A stretch of 64,000 bases of DNA from Dictyostelium discoideum. Lineage: Eukaryota. The translations under genes and the position numbers were made by a program. The stretch spans positions 2,880,001-2,944,000 of the forward strand of contig CM000150.2 in NCBI GenBank assembly GCA_000004695.1, written 5' to 3'. A model generated the notes under the pieces. It made no database searches. It had not been told where the DNA came from and worked only from the letters and a program-made list of their open reading frames with translations. Numbering within the stretch: the first letter of the stretch is position 1; every line of letters begins with the position of its first letter. Below are positions 26,854 to 37,713 of the stretch, piece after piece.

Positions 26854-28497
26854 ATGAAAAAAAGTAGTAATAAATTTGTTTCACCAGTCAAATCAACAAC
26901 AAATAATAATACTACACCCAATAAATTTGTTTCACCAACTAAAACAACTACAGTAACAACATCTAGTAAAGGTACCAAACCAGAAATACCGACACCAACT
27001 AAAACATTTAAAAAATCATCTACTAGTTTTCAATCTCCAACAAAAACAACATCTACAGATACGACAACAACAACAACAGCAACTACTACAACAACAATAC
27101 CAATTAAAACACCAACTAGAAAATTAGGTAGTTCATTTCAAACACCAACAAAACTAACATTTCAAACTCCAAATGATAAGGATGAATCATCATCATCATC
27201 ATCTTCAATTTTAACCAAATCATCACCAATTGGTGAAATATTTAAAACTATACCACAATATATACTACAATATTTAGATAAATATATTGAAAACGATAAA
27301 GAAAAACAAGATTTAAAATCAATTATACAATATTCATATGAAAATTGGAACAATAATCCATTTAATCATAATGATTTAAAGTTATCTTTAAATGAAGATA
27401 ACAATAATAATAGTAAAGATTATATTAAAAAATTAATTTTAAAATTAGTTGAAAATAATATATTAAAAGAAATTATTTTAAATAGTAATAGTGATAAAGT
27501 TGTTAAAGTTTATTCATCAATACCATGGCATAAAGTAACAAGTTATCATTACTTGGAAATGGAAATTAAAAGATTTGAAAAAGAACAACAACAACAACAA
27601 CAAACAAACAATAATAATATCAATAATAAATATAATAAAATTGCACCAAAGAATTCAACAGTATCAATGGTAGCAACTTTATCACCATCAAAATCAAAGA
27701 GTAGTGGTAATCATTTATCAAATTCGCCAATATCATCATCATCAACACCAAATAAAAAAAGAAAACCACCAATTGCTTTCAATTTAAATGAAATTGATAA
27801 TAGTAATTTTGATGGAAGTAAAAAATTTAAAAAAGTTATTAGTGATGATAAGGATTCAAATGTTAGTAGTGGTGGTAAAAATACAATATTATCATCAAAA
27901 TATGAATTACAAATTGAAAGAGAATTACAAAATTTTGTAGATGAAAAGAAAAGAATATTAAAATCAATAGCAGAAAAAAAAGAATTGTTAACAAAGTTTC
28001 AATCAAAATCAAATAGTCCAGTATCTGAACAGAAAAAGACAATTCCAACATCTACAGAAGAGAAGAGAATTGATGATTTAATATTAAAATGGAAAAAGGG
28101 TTGTCAAGATGCTACAACTTTATTACAAGAGAAATTGGTTGAGACATTAGCTCAATCAGCATCTTGTAATAGTGGTAGTGTTAGTGGTGGAGGTGTTAGT
28201 GGTTACAATAGCTATGGTGATAGTAATTATCATGGTGGTGGTGGTGGTAATAATGATGATGATGATGATGAAAATAAAGATTATAGTGAATTCTCTGAAT
28301 ATGAAATTCAAGAGTATAAAGAACAAATGAAGTTAGCAAGAGAACCAATGTCTGCTACCAAACTTTACATTTTAAAACAATTTGGTGTTGATCCTAAATT
28401 TGTAAATTTAGATGAAGAAAATGATTGTTTTTTAAAAGAAGGTGATTTACTTTTAAATAAATCATCAAAAAATTCTAAAACAATAAAAAAAAAGTAA
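26854..28497 (+). CDS. Ser/Thr-rich protein with a C-terminal Sfr1/Mei5-like domain, a candidate Swi5-Sfr1 recombination mediator. Single exon.
   Basis: The N-terminus repeats KFVSP.KTT, SFQSPTKTT and SFQTPTKLT, which are SP/TP motifs. The C-terminal …EEKRIDDLILKWKKGCQDATTLLQEKLVETL… resembles the Sfr1/Mei5 'LI.KW..A.QEA' core. The 547-aa ORF comes from the ORF track. Confidence 0.35.
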   Translation: MKKSSNKFVSPVKSTTNNNTTPNKFVSPTKTTTVTTSSKGTKPEIPTPTKTFKKSSTSFQSPTKTTSTDTTTTTTATTTTTIPIKTPTRKLGSSFQTPTKLTFQTPNDKDESSSSSSSILTKSSPIGEIFKTIPQYILQYLDKYIENDKEKQDLKSIIQYSYENWNNNPFNHNDLKLSLNEDNNNNSKDYIKKLILKLVENNILKEIILNSNSDKVVKVYSSIPWHKVTSYHYLEMEIKRFEKEQQQQQQTNNNNINNKYNKIAPKNSTVSMVATLSPSKSKSSGNHLSNSPISSSSTPNKKRKPPIAFNLNEIDNSNFDGSKKFKKVISDDKDSNVSSGGKNTILSSKYELQIERELQNFVDEKKRILKSIAEKKELLTKFQSKSNSPVSEQKKTIPTSTEEKRIDDLILKWKKGCQDATTLLQEKLVETLAQSASCNSGSVSGGGVSGYNSYGDSNYHGGGGGNNDDDDDENKDYSEFSEYEIQEYKEQMKLAREPMSATKLYILKQFGVDPKFVNLDEENDCFLKEGDLLLNKSSKNSKTIKKK

Positions 28498-28705
28498 TAT
28501 TAAAATTAAAATAATAAAAAGGTTTATTTATATTTTAATTTATGCAATAAATATAATTTTTCTTTTTTTTTATTAATATTACTACTACTATTATGTACAA
28601 TTGATTATTTATTTGATTTCTTTTTCATTTTCATTTTCTTTTTCTTTTTCGCTTATATTTTGGTATTTATATATTTTCTTTTCTTTTTTTTTATTTTTAT
28701 TTTTT

Positions 28706-28893
28706 TTAAGCTGAAGGTGTTGGTGTGTCAGTTGGTTTAACTACATCAATAACTTTATCAACAAGACCAGCATGAATTGCTGCAATAATAATTGAAATAA
28801 TACCGCCTAAAATTAAACAAACTACAATTGATGATATAATAAATGATTTAACAAACTTTTCACTTTTTCCTGCATCTAATTCACCATATCTGT

Positions 28894-28926
<33 letters not shown>

Positions 28927-29031
28927 GTTAGAAATTTCTTTATTTTTTTATTTTTTTATTTTTTTTATTTTTATCTAAATAACAAACCTTGAATCATATT
29001 TATTCATTAGGTTTGATACTTTATTTCCCAT
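28706..29031 (-). CDS. Small predicted membrane protein, about 76 aa, 2 exons, with an N-terminal MGNKVS myristoylation-type start.
   Basis: It is absent from the ORF track because an intron splits it. Exon 1 (29031 to ~28987) reads ATGGGAAATAAAGTATCAAACCTAATGAATAAATATGATTCAAG. A weak GTTTGT donor follows and an ...AAAACAG acceptor is at ~28890. Exon 2 encodes YGELDAGKSEKFVKSFIISSIVVCLILGGIISIIIAAIHAGLVDKVIDVVKPTDTPTPSA*, with one transmembrane helix. Confidence 0.3.
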
Positions 29032-29114
29032 CTTTTAGTTTTTATATATATAAAATAATTTTAAAATTATCTTTCTGTAGTTGGTTTTGAAAAAAAAAAA
29101 AAAAAAAAAAATAA

Positions 29115-29148
<34 letters not shown>

Positions 29149-29189
29149 AAAAAACAATTTATTTGAAAAAACAATTTAATTAAAAATAA

Positions 29190-29220
<31 letters not shown>

Positions 29221-29435
29221 CATTTGTTTTTTTTCGATAAGTTTCACTGGTAAACTGGGAGGTTATATATATAAAATTAAAATTCACACACTTTTATTTT
29301 ATAATTTTTTTTTTTTTTTTATTACTTTCTTATTATTTTATTTAATTAACAAAAATGAATTTCTGAAAATAATTAATTTAATTGAATAAAAAAAAAAAAT
29401 ATAAAAAGTATGAATTTTATTTTATTTTAATTTAT

Positions 29436-30548
29436 TTAATTATTATTATTATTTTTAAAATTTGTATACCATTTTGGTATTATTAAATTAAAATTATCAA
29501 AATGATTTAAAATGATTTTACATCTTTCTTTCATTAATTCAATTTGATTATCATCAATTGATTCAGCCCAAACTATTCCACCAAGACAAGATGTAGCAAC
29601 AAAAGTTGTAAAAGAATACCAAAAATCAGAGGGTGGTTCTTTGTTATTAAAATAACCATCAATTTGACCAACACAAAATGGTATACTTAATCCAACATTA
29701 AAAAATTGAATTTTGTGAAATTCCTGATAACCATAACCAAATTGACTTCTATTAAAATCAATTATACCTAATTTACTAGTATCATTATCATTATTATCAT
29801 TATTATCATTATTATCATTATTATTTTTTATTAATATCATATTACCAAAATGAAAATCATTATGTTTTAAAACTAATTTTGAATTTTGTAAATTTTCATT
29901 TATTTTCACAACTTTTTCTAAATTTAATTTACAATAATCAATTATACATTGGTCATTTTCAAATCTAAATTTACCATTAATATCTTTTTCAAATCTTGAG
30001 ATTACTTCTAACCTTTTTTCTAATCTATCAGTATTAATTATTGGTGGTGGTGGTGGTGGTGGTGGTGGTGTGGTAGTATCATTATTATTATTAATTAATG
30101 ATGATAATGGTATCAAATGAAATCTTTTTAAAATTTTACCAGCATTTAAACCTAATCTATATTGATTTTCAATTGATTCATTAAAGATTGAATCATTAAA
30201 ATCTTCACCTTCAATCCATGTTAGTAACATCCAAACATTCTTTTCTTCATTACACAATCCAATATCAATTGGTTTTGACATTTCAACTTCTAATTTCTCA
30301 TCATCATCATTTAATAATACACTATTAAATATTTTAATTGTTGAAAATTCAATATCCTTCTCTTTAAATAATTTTGATTCTGATATTCTAAGTAATTGAA
30401 ATTTCATTTGTTGTTGTTGTTGTAGTTCTTCTTTTAATTCAACTTTGAATTTTAAATCATTTGAAAATCCTTTATTAATTGGTGTTATGGTTTTCCAATT
30501 ATTAAAATGAGGAATATCTTTTAATATCTCTTCTTTATATGAATTCAT
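29436..30548 (-). CDS. Aminoglycoside-phosphotransferase/choline-kinase-like family protein (PF01636-type).
   Basis: Single 370-aa ORF. It carries the catalytic-loop motif HNDFHFGNMI (H.D....N) and IDFNRSQFGYGYQEF (DF.-type metal-binding motif). Poly-P and (DNN)n inserts are present. Confidence 0.65.
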   Translation of the reverse strand: MNSYKEEILKDIPHFNNWKTITPINKGFSNDLKFKVELKEELQQQQQMKFQLLRISESKLFKEKDIEFSTIKIFNSVLLNDDDEKLEVEMSKPIDIGLCNEEKNVWMLLTWIEGEDFNDSIFNESIENQYRLGLNAGKILKRFHLIPLSSLINNNNDTTTPPPPPPPPPIINTDRLEKRLEVISRFEKDINGKFRFENDQCIIDYCKLNLEKVVKINENLQNSKLVLKHNDFHFGNMILIKNNNDNNDNNDNNDNDTSKLGIIDFNRSQFGYGYQEFHKIQFFNVGLSIPFCVGQIDGYFNNKEPPSDFWYSFTTFVATSCLGGIVWAESIDDNQIELMKERCKIILNHFDNFNLIIPKWYTNFKNNNNN

Positions 30549-30911
30549 ATTCTTTCTTTTTTCTTTTTTTTACAAAACAAAAAAAAAAAAAAAATAAAAA
30601 ATAAAAATTAAAAACTAAAAAAAAAAAAACGAATTAAAATAATTAATTAGATATTATTATCTTTTGATTTTTAATTTTTTTTTATTTTTATTTTTATTTT
30701 TATTTTTATTTTTTTTTTTTTTTTTTGGGAGAAAGGTTAAAGTATTAAAAATAGGTTTTTGTGTAAAGATTGAAATTGCCATTGTTAATTTTTTTTTTTT
30801 TATTTTTTTTTTTTTATTTAATAAAAAATAAAAACAAATGATATTATTAATTTTTATTAAGTTATTTTGTTATTTTATATTGTTTTTTGTTTTTTTGTTT
30901 TTTTTTTTTTT

Positions 30912-30942
<31 letters not shown>

Positions 30943-31004
30943 GTTATTTGTTATTAACTGTTTTGTTTGATTTTTTGTTTGTTTGATTTTTTTTAAAAAA
31001 GTTT

Positions 31005-31890
31005 TTATTTTTGTGGAGTACTCTTTTTAATGTCAGAAGCTAATTTAATGAATGCTTCATCAATTGCAGTTGATTCTTTTGCGCTAGTTTCCATTATTGG
31101 TATATTTAATTCATCTGCAAATTTCTTTGCAATCTTAAAATCAACGGCTCTCTTTGAATTGAGATCACATTTATTACCAACTATTAATTTTAAAACTGAT
31201 GGACTTGCGAATCTATCAACATCGATTAACCATCTCTTTATGCTATTAAAAGAGTCCATTGATGTGATATCATATACAATAATTAAACCATGTGCTCCAC
31301 GATAATAACTTGTTGTAATAGTCTTGAATCTTTCTTGTCCTGCAGTATCCCACTATAAAATATATAAAAATAAAATAAAATAAAAAAATTTTGAGTTAAT
31401 AAAATTATTGTAAAATTGTAGTTATTTTTAATATTTATATAAATAGATATTTATTTTACATACAATTTGTAACTTTATCTTTTTACCATCTAATTCAATC
31501 GTACGAATACAGAAATCAACACCAATTGTTGAAATATAAGAATCAGTGAACCTTGAAATTTTAATTTAATTAATATATTTATTTTATTTATATTTAAAAG
31601 TGAGATGGGTTAGAGATGTTTTTTTTTTGATAATAATAATAATAATAATAATAGTTTATTTCTAGAAATTATTTATTTATTTTATTTTTATTTTTATTTT
31701 TTATTTTAAAAAAAACATACCTATTATCAGCAAAACGTAATAACATACATGATTTACCAACACCAGAATCACCAATTACTAATATTTTTAAAAGCATATC
31801 GTATTCTGGGTGAGATTCACTACCATGAATGAATGATGTCGATGTGGATGAAAATGATCCATTTCCTTCTTTTGATGGACTACAACCCAT
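31005..31890 (-). CDS. Rab-family small GTPase with an N-terminal lipidation motif, 3 exons.
   Basis: Exons are 31890 to ~31721, ~31551 to ~31464 and ~31352 to 31005, with two GTATGT donors. The protein has a P-loop (GDSGVGKS), switch regions ([18 protein letters not shown]), the RabF motif (YYRGAHG) and NKCD. It starts [12 protein letters not shown] and ends ...STPQK, with no C-terminal Cys. Confidence 0.8.
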
Positions 31891-31941
31891 TTAATTAAAT
31901 TAATTAATATATATTATTATACAAAAAAAAAAAAATCAATT

Positions 31942-31977
<36 letters not shown>

Positions 31978-32749
31978 GGAAGAGGAAGAAGAATAAAAAA
32001 AGAATAAATATAAAAAAAAAAAAAAAAAAGGCAAAATATATATATAAATTAAAAATACAATACAAAATTGGGTGTGTGAATTTTTTTTTTTTATTTTTTT
32101 TTTTTTTTTATTATTTTTTTTTTTTTTCAATTTATTTTTTTTTTATTTTTTTACTTTTTTTTTTTTTTTATTTATTTTTTATTTTTGTTTTTTTTTTTTT
32201 TTTTTGCACGAGTCAGAATCAACCAAAAAAAATAAGTTTTAAAAGAAAAATAATATTATAATTTTGTTTTGGGAATTCTTTTTTTTTTTTTTTTTTTTTA
32301 CAAATTTAATTTAAAACTACACATTTTTTCTTTATTTTTTATTTTATAAAACTGAATGAATGAATTCCAATGTATGATTAATAATTATAAATATATTGAC
32401 AGTATTGAGGAGAGAATTTTTTCTATTCTTGAAAAATGAAATAAATAATGGTGAGGATGTAATTAATTGTATTTTGGTTGTTGTAAATTATTATCAAAAT
32501 TTAAATATTTGATATTTTTAAAAAACCTTAGGATGGGAATTCGCCTTGAGAGGAGCCATTCTCGATTGCATATGGAATAGATTTGATGTATTTGGTTTTG
32601 AAACAGGCGAGGCAGAATATCTTGGAATTATAATACTTGGCATTTTTTTTTCTTTTTTTTAATTGTTATTTGTTTTTTAATGAAATAAAAATTATAAATT
32701 TCCTTCATTTTATACTTGATAATATTGTGAATCAAATAACACTGACTAT

Positions 32750-33110
32750 TTTAAAAACTGACACCGGCACTGACACCTCTTGAAAAACCAAAATTATTTT
32801 TTTTTTTTAAAAAAACAAAATACACAACAAACATCTCACGATTTTTTTATAGTCTGGGACAAAATTTCATCAAATACATATGTAAAAGTCTAATAACGCA
32901 TTTAAATGAGACCTTAGCAAATTGTATCACCCAATAAAAAAACATGACACCTTTGCAAAGTGTGTCATCCAGTTGGTTTTCAATGACACCTAAGCATGGA
33001 GGTTTATTGTAATTGTCTCCTAAAAATGGCGCCTTAAGAAAGTGTGTCATCCATTTTTTTTTCAATGACTCCTTAGCATAGTGGTTTATTGTAATTGTCT
33101 CCAAAACGTT
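32750..33110. repeat. GC-richer non-coding block with an ~85 bp tandem duplication and reiterated, partly palindromic (A)TGACACC / GTGTGTCATCC motifs.
   Basis: Similar units occur at 32975-33060 and 33060-33125 (caatgacacctaagcatggaggtttattgtaattgtctcc... versus caatgactccttagcatagtggtttattgtaattgtctcc...). atgacacctttgcaaagtgtgtcat at ~32943 is a near-perfect palindrome. tgacacc occurs at about 32759, 32770, 32944 and 32984. Confidence 0.6.
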
Positions 33111-33153
33111 AGAAGTTAGCAGTTGGTCCAGGGTTCAACTCCCTGAGGGGTCT
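33066..33153 (+). pseudogene. tRNA-like fragment with an intact T-arm and acceptor pairing but no clear anticodon arm. Likely a tRNA pseudogene or tRNA-derived repeat.
   Basis: CAGGG-TTCAACT-CCCTG at ~33129-33145 is a perfect T-stem/loop. The 5' strand GACTCCT (~33066) pairs with the 3' strand AGGGGTC (~33146), with one G-U pair. A D-loop-like AGTGGTT is present. I cannot fold a 17-nt anticodon arm. The fragment sits inside an ~85 bp tandem repeat. Confidence 0.3.
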
Positions 33154-33780
33154 TCCTTTTTGGGGGGGTAACAAAAGTAGATCGCATGTTCGATTCTTAA
33201 AAAATACTGTTAGTATGATTTTTTTTTTTGTTTCTTGAAATATTTGGATTAATTTTCAATATTTAATGAGATTAAAAAGTTAAACAAATATCAGTATATA
33301 TTTTTAATTTCATTAAGTTGTTTTTATTTTTGTTTTATTGTAAAAAAAAAAAAAAAAAAATAGGATTTTGTAAAAAACAAAAAAAAAAACATATAACCTA
33401 ATTAAAAAAAAAAAAAGGGAAATAAATATTCAGAATTTAATTTTGGAATAATAAAATAATCTTGAATTGATTTCTAATAACAGGTAACTATTCCCTTTAG
33501 TTTTTTATATTCCAATATACCAACTCATTGAAATAAAAATGAAAAATTAAAATATTGTCCCCTTCCCAATAGCCAAACACTTGTGGATATTTTTTTAATT
33601 TTTTATTTTTTTTTTTTTTTTTTTTTTTTTGGGCCAATTTTCCATTTCAAAAAAAAACTTTTTTTTTTTTTTTTTTTTTGAATGGTTTTTTATTTTTTAT
33701 TTTTTTTATTTTTTATTTTTTATTTTTTCAATCTCGATGTTTTCGTTTTACCACATTCCAAATTTTAATAATAATTTCAA

Positions 33781-36700
33781 ATGATAAATAAAATTTCTCG
33801 TTTTAAAATATTATTATTGTTTATTTTTATTATTTCATTGACATGTGCTCAAGATGGTAAGTTTTTAATTATTTTCTTTTTTATAAAACATTTGCAAATA
33901 TTGACTTTTTTTTTGAAAAAAAAAAAAAAAAAAAAAAAATTTTAGAGGAATTAATATCAACACCTGAAGGGTATTACGATTTAAAACGGTTTAAAAGATT
34001 TCAACACTATAAAAATATCCAACCCAATGAAGAAGCAGGATATACAGATTTATATTATCCAGATGTTTGTAAAAATGCTATAAGGAATAGAGATGGAGCT
34101 CCAACATTTAATCAGAGAAGCTTTCCAGGTTATACAGGAGTATTCGACACTTTACTAATAACAAAGGGTATTTATCATTGTAAAATTCATAAAAATACAT
34201 CATTTTGAAAAACTTAACATTAACATTTCACCATTATCATTTCATTCAATCAAAGGTACCAATATGACATTGGATTCAACCGGTTTCCTTACTGGTCTGG
34301 GTATCTGGTCACTCTTGACTTTATGTGTTGAAGGAAATTTAACGGTACTTTATAATCCAGATGAATTTTCTTTCGTACCTGTTCATAGGTTAGTTATACT
34401 ACCAGGTGGAACTATAACATCCCATGCAAATTCATTTCTATTCTGGGATACTTACCAAGTTGATGAGAATTTTCAAGAAGAATTAAACAAAAGAGTAAAG
34501 ATTGATCCTTTTAATTTTTTCCCTGGTCTACTAGTCTTGGGAGGAAATTTAAATTTATTTGGTAATAGTCAATTGACTTATACTGCTAAACGATTGAACG
34601 ATACTACATTGGAACTATCAACTCCATTTTTAAATATGAAATTTCTATGGAATAAATATATAATTACAATCTTTACAGAATCAATACCACAAGGTGATGA
34701 TTGTCTTTTTAATATGGATTCAGATAAAAGAACTTTTTACTTAATTAAAACCAACTATGGTACTTGCAATCCATTACGGGAAACAGATAAACTCATGAAA
34801 GTAGTAATCTCATACAACCGATATGAGGATAATTACTCAAGCTATATATCTCTTTTTTCAGATTATTATGGTTTCGAACCAAATGAAGCTTCTATTTTTA
34901 TAACAGGTGATTCAAATGTCTATATTGAAAATTATCTTATTAAAAATTTAGGCAAAACAAAAAATAATGCATACAGTGATACAAAATTAATATTTTCACC
35001 AAATAATACAAGTGAAGTTATAGGGTTTATAAATGGTACCAATCAAAGATTTAGAAGTTCTTTATATATAGAGTTTTCAAATAATGTTATCATTAAAAAT
35101 TGTGTAATTATAGAATCTTCTTCAGAAACAAGATCACCGTTAGTATTTTTTGGTTCAAACGTATATTTATCAGATAATTTAATTTCAAGTAAATCTGGTT
35201 CAAGTTTAATAGCACAATATGGAACTGAAAATATTCAATCTATAAATAATTTTTATTTTCAAAAAGGTGTTTCACATCAAACTGCCTCTCAAATATTAAA
35301 TCCAATTAATATGGATTTTGGAAATGAAGGAAATGGCATTTATTCAGTATCACCAAATCTTTTATCAAGTGATGATTTTTTTATTGGTCAAAATTATTCA
35401 ATTACTTTTAACTTTATTGCCAATAGGTCAAAAATTACTGGTTTTGATCAAGATTGTTATGCACCATGTTTTAGTGATTCAATCAATTTTTCAAATAAAA
35501 TTCAGTATCCTGTAGATTTTAAAATTTTTAATCCAAAGTTTTTACCAACAAATAATACCAATAGCGATTGGTATATTTTAAATATAAATGATAATGGAAA
35601 TCAACCAGGTACCTATTATACAGTAAAAAATTTAACAACTTTAGATCCCGTACAGTTTTCATTGGATAATAGCGCTTTATCCTTTTTAGGTCTAGAAGCA
35701 AGTGAAAATTTTAAAATGAATGGTAATGCCAAAAGATTGGATATTGTTAATTCAATTATCAGTTCAAAAGCTTTAACCAACCAACAACAAATAATTTCAA
35801 AAGTTTCATCATCAGCTATTAGCTTTAAAAATTCTTATATATACAGTAAATTAGGTCAACAAATTACACCTATAGATAATCAGATTTATGGATCATTAAT
35901 TACACCATTTTATTATAATGATTCAGATATTTTAAATCAAGTTAAAATTTTATCAATTTTTCCCAATGTCCCTTTTCAAATTGTATCAGGTTCTATATTA
36001 AATGTTAGCATAAACCTTCAAATTATTTCAACGGCTGATATTTCATGCACTTTCTCTTCAGATAATTCTACTTTTAGTACAACAATTTTGGTTAACCCAT
36101 CAGACGGAAGTTGTGTTTTACCACTTGTTTTTGAAAAAGAAGGTTATTTTAATTTAAAAGTCACATTAAAGATTTCAACATCAAAGGATTATTATTATAT
36201 AGTTGATTTTCCAAAGATTACAGTATATAATGAATATTTATTTTATTCAGGATGGGTAATGATTGATTCAAGCACAGATGAATTTCTATTTGAAGGTAAA
36301 ATATTTAAATCAGGTTGCCAACAACAGGTATTAGGTAATTGTACAATATCAACAAATTCAAAGTTTATAAATGGCTTGCCAAATGTAACAGAAACAGATG
36401 AACTTAATAGATTATTTTCAAGTGGTATAACATCAATCAATCCATATGAACCTGTGACAATTACAATACCAATTGATAAAGAATCAAAAAAGAATCAAAT
36501 CCAATTATTTTTTACTCACCAACCAATTGATATAGAATATAGTCTATTATCAATATATGTAGAAAATCAACCAATATTCCTTTTAGAACAATTACAAAGT
36601 GGTTTAGGTTCAACATTTAAAAATTTAACATTTAATTATGAAAATTCAAAATCACTAGAAATAATCAACATTTCTTTCACAACAAGAGGTGATATCTATT

Positions 36701-37675
36701 TAACTTCAATGGCGGTTTATTCATCAGCCATCCCAATAATCGTTACACCAACACCAACATCAACAACATCAACACCAACACCAACATCAACAACAACATC
36801 AACACCAATTCCGACAACAACACCTACAACAACACCAAAAACATCAAAAACAACCTCCAAAAACAAATTAAAAATTGCTTTACCAATTTGCCTTTTTGCT
36901 CTTTTGGTTGCTGTTGGAGTTTTAATATGTTTTATTTTCAGAAAAAAAAAACAAAAGAAACAAAAATTAGATAATAATATGGAGGATGGAAGTGAGATGT
37001 CTTCAATTAAAATTAAAAAAGAAAATTATAATTCTTTTAACAAGTTTAAAGAGTCAACAGTATTTAAAAACGATGATTTTAAAAATTATTCCAATCCAAC
37101 CGAAACAACAATTTATAGCACTTCCGATTCACTTTTAAACTTTGTTGGCTCTGACTTTTTAAATTACTCTGACCCAAACATCCCCTTATCCTTTAGTAAA
37201 AATATTTTAGAATTTGGATTAAAAGGTTCAAAATGCGATATCAATACCTTCCTTTCCGATTCTTTACGAATAACAAATAACTCTAATATTATATTATGTA
37301 TTTGTACAGTTCTTCCAAGAAATGACTCTGGTGAAGTAAGAATTTTTTGTTTTTTTATTATTATTATAATGAATTTAATTAACTAATCAATAATGAATTT
37401 TTTTTTCAGGTAAATGTTAGTCCAGATTCTTTTGAATTAGATCCAAATCAATCAAGAGAGATAGAATTTTCTTTAAAGTTAAATTGCACAACAAGAGTAG
37501 GTTGAATTTTTATAATTGAATTATTATAATTTAGTTAATATATATACTAACTGCACATCTATTTATATCCTAGTTTTTTGAAAGATTTGCTATTGAGGCT
37601 AGACATACTCACAGTTTCAAGTCAATTCACACTCACCTTTTCATTCATGTTGAATCTAAGATTTCCTCTAAAGTA

Positions 37676-37713
<38 letters not shown>

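Noticed and set aside
32847-33104. 85-aa minus-strand ORF (METITINHYAKESLKKKWMTHFLK…)
   Set aside because: It spans the 85-bp tandem, palindromic repeat block. The sequence shows repeat-driven periodicity rather than protein-like composition, so I treat the region as non-coding.
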